Assembly (NCBI GenBank): GCA_965231015.1
Contig: OZ246408.1
Location: 545,237 to 609,236, forward strand
Direction: 5' to 3'
DNA: 64,000 nt
Source: an uncultured Gammaproteobacteria bacterium
Lineage (GTDB): Bacteria > Patescibacteriota > Patescibacteriia > UBA9934 > CAZDDW01
Part shown: piece after piece, positions 9,752 through 18,951 of the stretch
Position numbering within the stretch: position 1 is the stretch's first letter
How the letters are laid out: each line of letters opens with the position of its first letter
Notes under the pieces: generated by a model
What the model was told of the DNA's origin: nothing
What the model saw: only the letters and a program-made list of their open reading frames with translations
The model's database searches: none
Program-made: the position numbers and the translations under genes

Positions 9752-11713
9752 TTATTCCACCAAGCTAACGTATTTAGCTTGTTTGATTAATGGTTTGAAT
9801 TTTCGGCCACCACCGACCATAAACTTCGGGAAATACTCCACGTATTGCAAACGTCCGGAGTGAATAAAGGCTCCCAGAACGTTGATGGCAAGGTTAAATA
9901 GGTGTCCGCCTACAATAATCACAATCCACACCAAGAATCCCACGTAAGGCACCATTCCAGCAAACAAATCCGCGACCAGGTTCACAACCATGGCAATAAT
10001 TCCAGTTGAAAGCCCCAGGGCTAGCAAACGTGAATATGAAAGAATATCTGATAGGTATCCGACCAGTCCGTACAAACTAGAAATTCCACCCAACAGTTTC
10101 ATCACAGGGTTCTTTTTCTCGTAACCCTGACTCAACACCATAACCCCGGTCCATCCAAGGACTAAATATAGAGCTATTTGAGAAGCACTAGCGAAAAGTC
10201 CGGCCATGGTAGCGATCCAGAATCCGATAATCAGTAAATAAATTGCCCAGAAACCGCTAGTGATAATTCCCTCTTTAGCTTCTCCGTGCGTAATCTTCCA
10301 GAACATGTTGACCAGGTTACCGACCACCATTTGAATGAAGCCAAGGATAAAACTCATAACGAGTACGGTCATCGGGTTGGCTACCGGATCAATCAAACGA
10401 ATTGATTCAAAGAAGTTTTTAAGCGCCCCATCAGGCAAATCTGTGATAACAATTCCGAACCATCCACCAAACAGGGCTCCAATAATGAACGTTGCGATTC
10501 CACCAAACATCATCAAGCTCATGAGTTTGCGCGCTCCACCCTTTGGTTTCATAAGTTTAATCGCGGCAAACGACAAAATCGCCAATAATAGTCCGTATCC
10601 AGCGTCAGTGAGACACAGCGCAAAGTATAAAATGAAAAATGGAGCCAGGTAAATCGTTGGGTCAGGTTCAGAGTAAAGTGGTGCTCCGTAGATTTCTGTG
10701 ACTGATTCAAATGGAGTAATAGCTTTGTTATTTTCAAGGGCAACCGGAATGTTTTCGTCTTCACGAATTGCTAGTTCTTCTAAAACATACTCTTTTGATA
10801 CCGCACTTAACTTATCCCTCATTTCTCCCATGGCACCAGTAGGCATCCATCCGGTAAAGATAACGGTCTGTTTGGTGGACAAAGCCTTTCGAGCCGCCTC
10901 ATCCTGATCTTTTTGCCAGGTCAAATAGTCGTATAAAATTCGAAAATCCGGAATGTGTTTAATGTATTCTTTGATGGCGGCCTTGGTTTCCCGCACCACG
11001 ACCCGGTCTTTTTCAATTTCACGCTCCAAGTTCTTAATTTCTGACTCAATGGTCTGCCCTTTTGCAATGGGCATATCCACAGCTTTAAACTCATTCACTT
11101 CAAAAGCGTCTTTGAGATCATCATGAATTGTCTTGTCATAGGCAACCACAACCCGTACTTCTTTATCGGTTTCACTGACTTTTAGAACAACTGCCAGTTG
11201 TTTCGCGTGTAAGGCAGACTCAAAATCCTCAAAGCGGGTAATTGGCACAATGCCCAGCACAAAATCAACAAAACGAGTTGACTCTGATAAATCAACCGGT
11301 ATTCCCTGCCATTTGGCCAGGTTTTTGACCTCTTTTTTGTTTTGACTGATTCGGTTTTTAGCCGCATTAAGGTCTTTATCTAGGTTTTCTAACTCCTGAA
11401 TCAGGTTTTTATAGTCAAAATTCGCCAGCAACTTAGCAAAGTCATTCTGGCGAACCTCAATTTTCCCTCCTTGTAGTTTTTCCAAAAAGCTCTTTTTTAC
11501 CTCTTCTTCGTACGGTGTAAGCAGGTCAAGGGCGAATTTAATGTTAGTTTGCCAGTATTCTGCTTTAGATTCCGGCTTAAATAAGTCTTTTTCTTCACTT
11601 TCTTCCAAGGCCTCAACCTCCATGATTCCCTCGGTATGCAAAATATCCAAAAGACGTGGATAAATCTCTTTGGTAGCAGTAAGTTGGATTTTTGTCATTT
11701 TACTGACTGACAT
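9752..11713 (-). CDS. atpI: V/A-type ATP synthase subunit I (a-type stator)
   Basis: 653 aa with a cytosolic coiled-coil N-half and a multi-TM C-half containing LSYSRLLALGL. The start may instead be Met6 (11698). Confidence 0.9.
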   Translation of the reverse strand: MSVSKMTKIQLTATKEIYPRLLDILHTEGIMEVEALEESEEKDLFKPESKAEYWQTNIKFALDLLTPYEEEVKKSFLEKLQGGKIEVRQNDFAKLLANFDYKNLIQELENLDKDLNAAKNRISQNKKEVKNLAKWQGIPVDLSESTRFVDFVLGIVPITRFEDFESALHAKQLAVVLKVSETDKEVRVVVAYDKTIHDDLKDAFEVNEFKAVDMPIAKGQTIESEIKNLEREIEKDRVVVRETKAAIKEYIKHIPDFRILYDYLTWQKDQDEAARKALSTKQTVIFTGWMPTGAMGEMRDKLSAVSKEYVLEELAIREDENIPVALENNKAITPFESVTEIYGAPLYSEPDPTIYLAPFFILYFALCLTDAGYGLLLAILSFAAIKLMKPKGGARKLMSLMMFGGIATFIIGALFGGWFGIVITDLPDGALKNFFESIRLIDPVANPMTVLVMSFILGFIQMVVGNLVNMFWKITHGEAKEGIITSGFWAIYLLIIGFWIATMAGLFASASQIALYLVLGWTGVMVLSQGYEKKNPVMKLLGGISSLYGLVGYLSDILSYSRLLALGLSTGIIAMVVNLVADLFAGMVPYVGFLVWIVIIVGGHLFNLAINVLGAFIHSGRLQYVEYFPKFMVGGGRKFKPLIKQAKYVSLVE

Positions 11714-12059
11714 AGTCCTGGAAGCGATCGTTCACAAGTTTTACAGCCTTAGATAAGCGTTGGTCTGAACCCTTTTCAAGCTCAGCTAAGCGCTTTTTTA
11801 GCTCTGCAGTGGCAGTTTCTTTAAAGGTTTGGGCGTCAGCCTGCACTTTTTCAGCAATAGTGCTGTTTTCTTTGGTTAAAGTGTCAGCCACGTGAGCAAA
11901 TTCATACTGCATTTGCTCCTCAAGTTCAGCCTTTTTTTCTTGGGCGTTGCTTTCTGCTTTGGCAATCAAAGACTCGGCTTCTGCCTCGGTGTTCTTGATT
12001 TGCTTAATACTGGTTTGGTCAGTCATAAAATTTTGTAAAATTGCGGCTAAAGTATACAT
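11700..12059 (-). CDS. V/A-type ATP synthase peripheral-stalk subunit (G/H type)
   Basis: 119-aa charged coiled coil and first gene of the operon, as in the Thermus-type G-I-K(L)-E-C-F-A-B-D order. The start is uncertain (Met1 or Met12). Confidence 0.6.
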   Translation of the reverse strand: MYTLAAILQNFMTDQTSIKQIKNTEAEAESLIAKAESNAQEKKAELEEQMQYEFAHVADTLTKENSTIAEKVQADAQTFKETATAELKKRLAELEKGSDQRLSKAVKLVNDRFQDYVSQ

Positions 12060-12119
12060 CGAATCTGTTTTTGGGTCAATAGCATAAAAAAATTATGAAA
12101 TTAACTTAAATAAAGAGAA

Positions 12120-12151
12120 GAACGCCGATCCGTGAAGTTGGAAAGGCGTTC
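12120..12151 (-). terminator. Terminator-like hairpin after the 303-aa island gene
   Basis: GAACGCC-18 nt-GGCGTTC, followed on the minus strand by CUUCUCUUUAUUU. Confidence 0.45.
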
Positions 12152-12177
12152 GTGAGGTAGGGGTTGCGATCGAAGTC

Positions 12178-13089
12178 CTAGGGGGTGGACTCCTCGTTGA
12201 GCAGCTCCGGGTCGATGTTGTCGGTCAGGATCCCGGAGAGATCCGCGATTAGGCGGTTTCTGACGAATGGGTCCAGACCGGGCTCCAGCTCTTGGAAGCG
12301 GAGTTCGCGGATGCGCTCTTTGAGCTGGGCGTTTTTGCCCTTGGTGTACTCGGTCAGGCCAAGCACCCATTGGCGCTGCCAGGCCTGATGAGCGCGCAGC
12401 TCGCCCTTGCTCGGAGCTGGCGAACGCTTCGGGGTGAGCCGCGAGCGCACCGACTTGACCGTAGGAGTACCCTTGGGTACCGCCTTCGCCTCCGGCTTGG
12501 TGCCGGTTCCCTGCCCGAGTGTTTGCTGTTTCGGGTTCGCAGCTCCGGGAAGTTGGCCGACGAGCGAAGGAGCGGCAGGGTGCTCCGTGTTGGTAGGTTC
12601 GTCCGCCTTCGCCTTCGCCTCCGGCTTGGTGGCTCCGGGCAGTGCACCCTTGAGAACGGGTTCAGCCGGTGGCTCGTTAGTTCCCTCGTGCGGATCCGGC
12701 CTGCCGAGAATCGCGGCCGCCTCGCTTTCGAGCGGCCTGCGCTCGAGGTTGTGCCGCGCCGTCAAGTACTCGATCATGCACGGCAGGTAAACCTCGAGAT
12801 CGAACTCGTAGTCCAGGTCGTGCCCGGCAGCCTCGAGCTCTTGCTTGATGGCGGCAAGCGGGTCAGCCTCACCGGCCTTGGTATCCGAGGCCCTGAACAG
12901 GTCCTTCGGAAACTCGACCTTGAGCGGGTCGCCCAAGATCTGCTCGGCTCGCTCGTTAAAGTACTGTTCCGCCTCCGGCTCGGAAACAGCCGCTTCGAAC
13001 CGAGGGCTTGACTGGTCGACCCCGTCAGTGCGCTCACCGCGCAGTACGGCCAGACACGCGTCCAGAAACGCCAAAATTTTCGGATCCAT
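12178..13089 (-). CDS. Hypothetical protein (GC3-rich island gene A)
   Basis: 303-aa ORF whose codon third positions are almost all G/C in this frame. A strong SD (GGGAGGGAGGAAGCA) sits directly upstream of the ATG. It has a Pro/Ala/Lys-rich central linker with TKPEAKA repeats. I recognise no family. Confidence 0.6.
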   Translation of the reverse strand: MDPKILAFLDACLAVLRGERTDGVDQSSPRFEAAVSEPEAEQYFNERAEQILGDPLKVEFPKDLFRASDTKAGEADPLAAIKQELEAAGHDLDYEFDLEVYLPCMIEYLTARHNLERRPLESEAAAILGRPDPHEGTNEPPAEPVLKGALPGATKPEAKAKADEPTNTEHPAAPSLVGQLPGAANPKQQTLGQGTGTKPEAKAVPKGTPTVKSVRSRLTPKRSPAPSKGELRAHQAWQRQWVLGLTEYTKGKNAQLKERIRELRFQELEPGLDPFVRNRLIADLSGILTDNIDPELLNEESTP

Positions 13090-13192
13090 TGCTTCCTCCC
13101 TCCCGTATTTTTTGTGTTCGGTTTTTTAATTTTTCACCATAAGTCAATTTGGCGGTGTTCCGCCACAAAGAAAGAATGGCGGGAGACAGCTA

Positions 13193-13272
13193 AAAATAGC
13201 ACAAAAACAGACTTTTGTCAAGTTCTAGACACAAAGTACATACTTGACAAATATGCTAAATTGTGCTAAATT
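13193..13272. promoter_or_regulatory. Back-to-back divergent promoters built on a 10-bp perfect inverted repeat
   Basis: The inverted repeat is TTTGTCAAGT (13214-13223), 18 nt, ACTTGACAAA (13242-13251). The right arm gives TTGACA (13244-13249), 17 nt, TGC-TAAATT (-10 at 13267-13272) on the plus strand. The left arm gives TTGACA (complement of 13215-13220), 16 nt, TGC-TATTTT (-10 at the complement of 13193-13198) on the minus strand. TGCTAAATT is also directly repeated (13255-13262 and 13265-13272). Confidence 0.6.
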
Positions 13273-13403
13273 TTGCGGTTGGTTGAGGGCAATTTCGTCC
13301 TTAATTACGTTCGTTTCCCCAGACTGTGGGTAAAAGGTCCCACACTCCCAACACGCGCGCATCGCAGGTAAGTCGATGCCAACCGGGAGAGAAAGAGGAA
13401 GAC

Positions 13404-15056
13404 ATGACCACCGAAAAGAACCTGACGCCGGAGCAGATCCGGCACAACGAGATGGTAAAGCGGGAAGCGCTCGAACAATTCCGCATGGCCAACGTGCGGA
13501 TGGACAAGCGGGGCGGCAACCGTCCCGTGGGCATGGGCGATCTCGTGGAGATCGTGGTCCCCGGGTTCTCCGAGGACCAGTTCGGGAACGCCGTGGCCTA
13601 CGACGAGGACGGGACGTTGATCCGCCCGCTGTGGGCGCTCGATAACGGCTTCGTGCCGGTGCTCGCCGTGCCCATGCGGCTGTGGGTCGTGTACCCGCGG
13701 TCGCGCACCTTCGCCCGGAACAAGTACGGGGTGGCGATCCCGTTCGACATCGTCTACTTCAAGGGGAAGGGACTCGGCTTGTGGAACCACAAGCTCTCGG
13801 ATCGGTGTGAGTTCCGGAACGCCGTGGCCGTGCGGCAGACCCGTACGGTCATGGTGGCCTTCGAGCCGAACCCGCGGCGCAAGGACGAGTGGCACGGCGG
13901 ATTCGTCGGCGGCAAGCACATCGTGTGGAAGCCGCACGGCAACCCGTACGAGAACTCGGGCGTCGAGATTGGCATGCCGATCGAGGTCCAGGCAAGTGAG
14001 TCCTGGGATCGGATCGAGTGTCTGCCGGCCGTGCAGACGCGTCGGGTCAAGGCCGACGGTTCCGTTGAGGAGCTCGAGGTCCAGACCGCTCTGGTGGACG
14101 TGGCGCTCAAGCCTGGACAGATTCAGTGTCGGGCGAGCGGTGTACGCCTGTGGGCGCTCGACGCTCTGGGCGTCAAGCGTCACACCGACGAGGCGGTACT
14201 GGATCGGCGGATCGCCGAGATGCTCGCCACGCGCGGTGAGCGGCTCAATCCGGAGACCGACCCGTTCTGCCTCGCGGCCAAGGCCGCCGGCAGCACGGTG
14301 GACTACCGTCTCGCGGGCGTGAACGCTCGCGAGGTGGCCATCAAGAACTCCGGCTCGATCCTGCGCCCGAAGGCGCCGAAGATCGGACACGTGGCCATCT
14401 TGCACCCGGAGACCGGAGCCAAGATCTGCGACGTGCTGATCGAGGACGTGCTCGGGGGTGACCTCTCCATCTACTCGTCGCGCGACGAGGTGATGGCTCG
14501 GTTCAATCAGCTCAAGCGCTACCGGCGCAGGAGCTACGCCGAGCACAACGACGATGACACCATCGTCGAGGCCGTCAAGGCCGTGTTCAAGCGGTTCGGC
14601 GTGCACCTGGAGGTGGACAACAAGATTCGCTCCCAGGTCGGCGAGGACGCCACCCGCGCTCTGCTCGAGCGGCTGATCTCCCGGGGGAGCATTCGCTTCA
14701 AGCCGGCGCGGAGCCGCTCCGAGCTCGTGGTGAGTGCCTACGCGGTGCTCGGCCTCGAGTCCTCTGACGCGGACGAGGACAGCGTGTTCAAGCGCTTCCG
14801 CGAGCTCTACTTCGTCAAGAAGGGCAAGGTGGAGCGGGAGGATCCGGCCGTGATGGTCCTCTACAAGTCTCCGGGCTACAGGTCGAACCCCAACCAGAAC
14901 AAGGGGTACAACGACCGCCGGGCACTTATGCGAACCGCGGGAGAGCACCTGATGGGTGCGGACCGGTTCAAGACGGCGCTCACCCCGCCGGAGGAGCCGA
15001 AGTCCGAGTTCGACAACGAGGCCGAGGAGCTTCGCAGCTCGTCCGACGACGAGTAG
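13404..15056 (+). CDS. Hypothetical protein (GC3-rich island gene B)
   Basis: The ORF track lists 13326-15056. I prefer the ATG at 13404 because it is preceded by the SD AAGAGGAAG. About 550 aa, GC3-rich in this frame only, with a soluble-looking amino acid composition and no motif I recognise. Confidence 0.6.
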   Translation: MTTEKNLTPEQIRHNEMVKREALEQFRMANVRMDKRGGNRPVGMGDLVEIVVPGFSEDQFGNAVAYDEDGTLIRPLWALDNGFVPVLAVPMRLWVVYPRSRTFARNKYGVAIPFDIVYFKGKGLGLWNHKLSDRCEFRNAVAVRQTRTVMVAFEPNPRRKDEWHGGFVGGKHIVWKPHGNPYENSGVEIGMPIEVQASESWDRIECLPAVQTRRVKADGSVEELEVQTALVDVALKPGQIQCRASGVRLWALDALGVKRHTDEAVLDRRIAEMLATRGERLNPETDPFCLAAKAAGSTVDYRLAGVNAREVAIKNSGSILRPKAPKIGHVAILHPETGAKICDVLIEDVLGGDLSIYSSRDEVMARFNQLKRYRRRSYAEHNDDDTIVEAVKAVFKRFGVHLEVDNKIRSQVGEDATRALLERLISRGSIRFKPARSRSELVVSAYAVLGLESSDADEDSVFKRFRELYFVKKGKVEREDPAVMVLYKSPGYRSNPNQNKGYNDRRALMRTAGEHLMGADRFKTALTPPEEPKSEFDNEAEELRSSSDDE

Positions 15057-15064
15057 ATCCTACC

Positions 15065-15088
15065 AAAAAAACAGCCGGCAACCGGCTG
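15065..15088 (-). terminator. Rho-independent terminator of the 15140-15982 gene
   Basis: The minus-strand RNA reads CAGCCGG-UUG-CCGGCUG followed by UUUUUUU. Confidence 0.6.
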
Positions 15089-15100
15089 CCTTCCAAACAG

Positions 15101-15140
15101 AGGGCGCTCATCACAACGATGTGCGCCCTTATCATTTTAT
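15101..15140 (+). terminator. Terminator-like hairpin for island gene B
   Basis: AGGGCGC-15 nt-GCGCCCT, followed by UAUCAUUUUAUU on the plus strand. Confidence 0.4.
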
Positions 15141-15982
15141 TAATAAAGATCAGTTAGTTCCATTGTGCCATCTTCATAAATCCAAGCATGAAACTGTCCA
15201 ATCTTGGTCATTCCTTTTCCTGAAATATCAACAGCATAGGCCTCAATCAAATGAGTTCGGTTATCTTTTAGCTTTTGAGGTATATCAATATGCGCATTAA
15301 AGCCATGATAACTATCGTACAAACATCCTGAAAAAGCACTTAAAAGATCTTGCCTGGAATTCTCGGCAATAACGGTGTCCATATAGAAACCATCTCCGTA
15401 GATCATAACTGGCACCCGAATATTATCAACATTATAGGTGTCAAAATCAATGGCCCAACCTGAAACGACATCACTTCTGGCAGGGATATCATCAAAGCTA
15501 CCTTGAACTCCATCGTTGATTGGATCCATGGTTATACTTCCAATGTAGGCTACTTCAGAGCCAGACCAAACTACCTCATCATGTGAGGCAAAAACGTAAA
15601 TAGTGTGTGTCTGTCCATCGTACAAAGTTGGATTTACTTCCCACCCAAAACCACTTTTTAAGGACACGTTTTCATCGTAGTACTCATAGACATCATATCG
15701 GGACAAGTAAGTAGTTTGTTGACCTAGGATTTCGTTGTAATTAAAAGTATCGGAAAGAGTGAAAAAAACATACATCGGTGTTTCGGAATCAGTGGTGTCA
15801 ACAACCCAACCACGTACCATGGCACTGTTGTTGCAAGAGGAATCAGTTTGTCCCTGGATATTGTCAACCGAACCCTCGATTGTTCCTGCAGCCTTTGTTA
15901 TGTTTGAGGTGAAATAAAATCCACCGGATCCGATTGCAACTGCCAACGTGGCAATCAGAAATCCCTTGAAGAAATAATTCAT
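15140..15982 (-). CDS. Secreted or membrane-anchored protein with two tandem repeat modules, unknown function
   Basis: Start moved to Met25 (MNYFFKGFLIATLAVAIG signal/anchor), which removes the overlap with tatD. There are two similar modules: GSVDNIQG...VRGWVVD...THTIYVFA and GSFDDIPA...VSGWAIDF...THLIEAYAVD. Confidence 0.6.
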   Translation of the reverse strand: MNYFFKGFLIATLAVAIGSGGFYFTSNITKAAGTIEGSVDNIQGQTDSSCNNSAMVRGWVVDTTDSETPMYVFFTLSDTFNYNEILGQQTTYLSRYDVYEYYDENVSLKSGFGWEVNPTLYDGQTHTIYVFASHDEVVWSGSEVAYIGSITMDPINDGVQGSFDDIPARSDVVSGWAIDFDTYNVDNIRVPVMIYGDGFYMDTVIAENSRQDLLSAFSGCLYDSYHGFNAHIDIPQKLKDNRTHLIEAYAVDISGKGMTKIGQFHAWIYEDGTMELTDLY

Positions 15983-15992
15983 ATATAATTTA

Positions 15993-16874
15993 TTAAAAGT
16001 TAATATTAAAAAGTTTTTTAGCATTATTATTTGTCGCTTCAGCGACTTCCTCAACAGTAATTCCTTTTAGTTCGGCAATCTTTGCTGCAATATGTTTAAC
16101 GTAAGACGGTTCATTGCGCTTTCCTCGATTAGGTTCAGGTGACAAATACGGGGCATCGGTTTCAACCATAATCATATCGAGTGGAACCTCTTGAACCAGC
16201 TTCTGGAGTTCAGTTTCCTTGATCCCGGCCAATCTTTCAGATCGTTTTGGTGTAAAGGTAATAATGCCGGTGAATGAGATGAGAAAACCGAGTTCGAAGT
16301 ATGCTTGAGCTTCATCAACAGTGCCGGTATAACAATGTACCACCCCTCTTCTTTTCATTTTTCCGGCCTTCACGTATTCACTTAGGATTTCAAGCTGATC
16401 TGCATGTGAGTCTCGTGAGTGAATTATAACTGGCAAATTAATTTCGTTGGCCAAATCCAAATGTGCTCGCATGGATCGTTTTTGTTCTTTGATCAACTCG
16501 TCTCGATCAAACTTTTCCGGCAAATGTAAATAATCCAGGCCAAACTCACCGATGGCTATAACTTTTTGGTCTTTGGAGAGCTCACGATAAAAACTTGGAT
16601 CAAATTGTTCGCACCGCGTTTTTACTGTCGCGATATCTTCAACTTCGTTAGGGTCAGTGAATTCTTGCTCACACAAATGATTCGGGTGCAAACCAATGGC
16701 CGCCCAAACCCCGTCATATTGATTAGCAACTTCTACGGCACGACGACTGGTGTCTTGCTGGGTCCCAACTGTAATCATAAAAACGTTCTCAGCCAAAGAA
16801 GTCTTTATTACTTCATCCATGTCACTCTTGTACGCGTTAAAATGAACGTGGCAATGGGTATCAATCAATTTCAT
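15993..16874 (-). CDS. tatD: TatD-family metal-dependent hydrolase (DNase)
   Basis: MKLIDTHCHVHF N-terminal metal motif, and 293 aa of TatD-type TIM-barrel pattern (GEFGLDY, HSRD, VETDAPYL). Confidence 0.85.
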   Translation of the reverse strand: MKLIDTHCHVHFNAYKSDMDEVIKTSLAENVFMITVGTQQDTSRRAVEVANQYDGVWAAIGLHPNHLCEQEFTDPNEVEDIATVKTRCEQFDPSFYRELSKDQKVIAIGEFGLDYLHLPEKFDRDELIKEQKRSMRAHLDLANEINLPVIIHSRDSHADQLEILSEYVKAGKMKRRGVVHCYTGTVDEAQAYFELGFLISFTGIITFTPKRSERLAGIKETELQKLVQEVPLDMIMVETDAPYLSPEPNRGKRNEPSYVKHIAAKIAELKGITVEEVAEATNNNAKKLFNINF

Positions 16875-16876
16875 AA

Positions 16877-17407
16877 TTAATTAGTAATTACTTCCTGGGC
16901 TTCCTGTACTTCACTCCAAGCGGTCGGATACATGAATTTGAAAGCATCTGCTACGCCGAGGAGGTATTTGGAAACGATCGAGGTTTCCATGGCCACTCTA
17001 ATATCTCCTTCCGGTAAATATACCAGAGCAAAAAACAAAATTACCGCAACCACAATTACACCTTCAATAAAACCAATTACCAGTCCAAGCAGACGATCCG
17101 GTGAGCCGGCCATGGGCAGCCACTTGAAAACGCCCCAAACCTTTTCTACAAGATAGAAGACCAGTCCAACCAACTTGGTGATGATGATAAAAATAATGAT
17201 GAACAGAATAATTTTTCCGAAAACCCCTGCTCCGAAAATAAAACCAAGAATATCATGAATCGGATTAATAAAACGAGTTGCCACAAGAATAGCCAAAATT
17301 GAACCCACCAGGTTGCCAATGGTGTGTACAAAACCAAAGAAGGCACCGTAGGCCACAAAGGCTCCGATGATGATTACCAGAAACAAATCAATGATTGAGA
17401 TGTCCAT
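16877..17407 (-). CDS. CvpA-family membrane protein
   Basis: 176 aa, four TM helices, with an N-terminus (IDLFLVIIIGAFVAYGAFFGF) and a GLVIGFIEGVIVV motif typical of CvpA. Confidence 0.65.
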   Translation of the reverse strand: MDISIIDLFLVIIIGAFVAYGAFFGFVHTIGNLVGSILAILVATRFINPIHDILGFIFGAGVFGKIILFIIIFIIITKLVGLVFYLVEKVWGVFKWLPMAGSPDRLLGLVIGFIEGVIVVAVILFFALVYLPEGDIRVAMETSIVSKYLLGVADAFKFMYPTAWSEVQEAQEVITN

Positions 17408-17448
17408 ATTCTAATCGTTTAAAGGATAAAGGCCGAAGGATAAGGTTG

Positions 17449-18951
17449 CTAGTCCTCGAGTCTTGGAAACAACGGATCGATTTTCTTTATTGTAACAGCT
17501 GGAGCCAGTCCACCCCAAACCCAGGCGTATTCTGCGGATTCATTAAACTCCTCTGGAATGGTCAAATCCAGGCTGTTTAGTATTTTTTGAGCGGTTTCCG
17601 GCATGAATGGGTAAACCATCCAAGCCACATGACGTAGAGTCTCAAGTAGAATATACATGGTGTCATTGAGCATTTTGGTTTCTTCAAGCTTGGCCAACTG
17701 CCAAGGTTGCTGTTGCTCAATATATTGATTGGCTTCTCGGACAATTTGCATGGCTGTGTCGAGCGCGTCATGTAAGCGAATTTCACGCATAGCTAGCTGA
17801 TAGGCCGGCCAGGCTTTAGCAATGTGGGCTTCGGCCTTTTCCGGCACAACGCCGTCGCAATATTTTTCAGCCATGGCTAATACCCGATTAACCAGATTAC
17901 CTAAATCATTAGCCAGATCAGCTGAATACTTGGCATCAAACTTTTTCCAACCGATATCACCATCGTGACCGAACGGAGTGGCACTCATGAGCAAATAACG
18001 AGAGGCATCAACACCATACTTGGTAATCAAATCATTGGGGGCGATAACGTTCCCGATTGACTTGCTCATCTTTTGTCCGTCCACCAAAAAGAAGCCATGA
18101 ACAAATAATTGTTTTGGCAGTGGAAGTTCAAGACCAAGCAAAATTGCCGGCCAAATCGTGGCATGAACTCGGATAATATCCTTGCTCATTAGCTCCACGT
18201 CTGCCGGCCAAAGATGAGGCACCTCTTCCCCACCGTCCCAGCCAAGACCGGTCAAATAGTTCAAAAACGCGTCCGGCCAAACGTAAGCCACGTGTTCAGG
18301 GTCCCACGGAAGCGGTACACCCCACTTGGTTTTTGTTCTTGAAAATGAAATGTCGTTTAGACCCTGCTCATAAAAAGACAGGATTTCTTTTTTCTTTGAT
18401 TCAGGTCGAATCATGAGTTCGTCTGACTCAATTTTTTCTTTAAGTTCATCTGCAAAGACCGACAACTTAAACATGTATGTTTCTTCTTTGATAACTTCCG
18501 GTTCTATTTGGTGGTCCGGACACTTTCCGTCTACTAAGTCTTTTTCGGTTTTGTATTGCTCGCAACCTTTGCAGTACAACCCCTCATGAGTTCCTTTATA
18601 AATATGTCCAGCGTCGTAGAGTTTCTGTAGTGCGTTTTGAACCGCTTTGATGTGATCTGGATTAGTGGTTCGGATAAAGTTGTCATTTGAGATGTTCATG
18701 GTGTCCCAAATCGATTCAAACTTCGCAGCAACTTCGTCAACAAAAATTTGCGGCTCCAGGCCGGCATTTACGGCACATTCTTCGATTTTTTCCCCATGTT
18801 CATCCGTTCCGGTTAAAAAGAAGGTTGGGTGGCCAACCATGCGGTGATAGCGAGCCAAAACGTCAGCCGCCACTGTGGTGTAGGTGTGACCTATGTGTGG
18901 CTCGGCGTTTACGTAGTAAATGGGAGTGGTGATGTAGAATTTTTGGCTCAT
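17449..18951 (-). CDS. metG: Methionine--tRNA ligase
   Basis: HIGH-type motif PHIGHTYT and KMSKS, in a 500-aa class I synthetase. Confidence 0.95.
   Translation of the reverse strand: MSQKFYITTPIYYVNAEPHIGHTYTTVAADVLARYHRMVGHPTFFLTGTDEHGEKIEECAVNAGLEPQIFVDEVAAKFESIWDTMNISNDNFIRTTNPDHIKAVQNALQKLYDAGHIYKGTHEGLYCKGCEQYKTEKDLVDGKCPDHQIEPEVIKEETYMFKLSVFADELKEKIESDELMIRPESKKKEILSFYEQGLNDISFSRTKTKWGVPLPWDPEHVAYVWPDAFLNYLTGLGWDGGEEVPHLWPADVELMSKDIIRVHATIWPAILLGLELPLPKQLFVHGFFLVDGQKMSKSIGNVIAPNDLITKYGVDASRYLLMSATPFGHDGDIGWKKFDAKYSADLANDLGNLVNRVLAMAEKYCDGVVPEKAEAHIAKAWPAYQLAMREIRLHDALDTAMQIVREANQYIEQQQPWQLAKLEETKMLNDTMYILLETLRHVAWMVYPFMPETAQKILNSLDLTIPEEFNESAEYAWVWGGLAPAVTIKKIDPLFPRLED

Noticed and set aside
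12101-13129. Multiple overlapping ORFs on both strands across island gene A (12292-13011 plus strand, 12354-12647 minus strand, 12407-12790 plus strand, and others).
   Set aside because: The same GC-rich shadow effect applies. The 12178-13089 minus-strand frame has the SD, the GC3 bias and a plausible domain layout.
14735-14812. AYAVLGLESSDADEDSVFKRFRELY in island protein B resembles the start of a DnaJ J-domain.
   Set aside because: No HPD tripeptide follows and the rest of the helix II/III pattern is absent. The similarity is too short to call.
13305-14948. A 547-aa minus-strand ORF and several 80-170-aa ORFs (13376-13645, 13754-14110, 13807-14322) overlapping island gene B.
   Set aside because: These are shadow ORFs typical of GC-rich DNA. 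Their products are L/R/H/V/G/P-rich with no start context. Only the plus-strand frame starting at 13404 has G/C at nearly every third codon position.
15142-15149. AATAAAGA at the right edge of island 2 as a third copy of the AAATAAAGAG repeat.
   Set aside because: The match is only 8 bp, AT-rich, and lies inside the coding end of the 15140-15982 gene. It is too weak to count.
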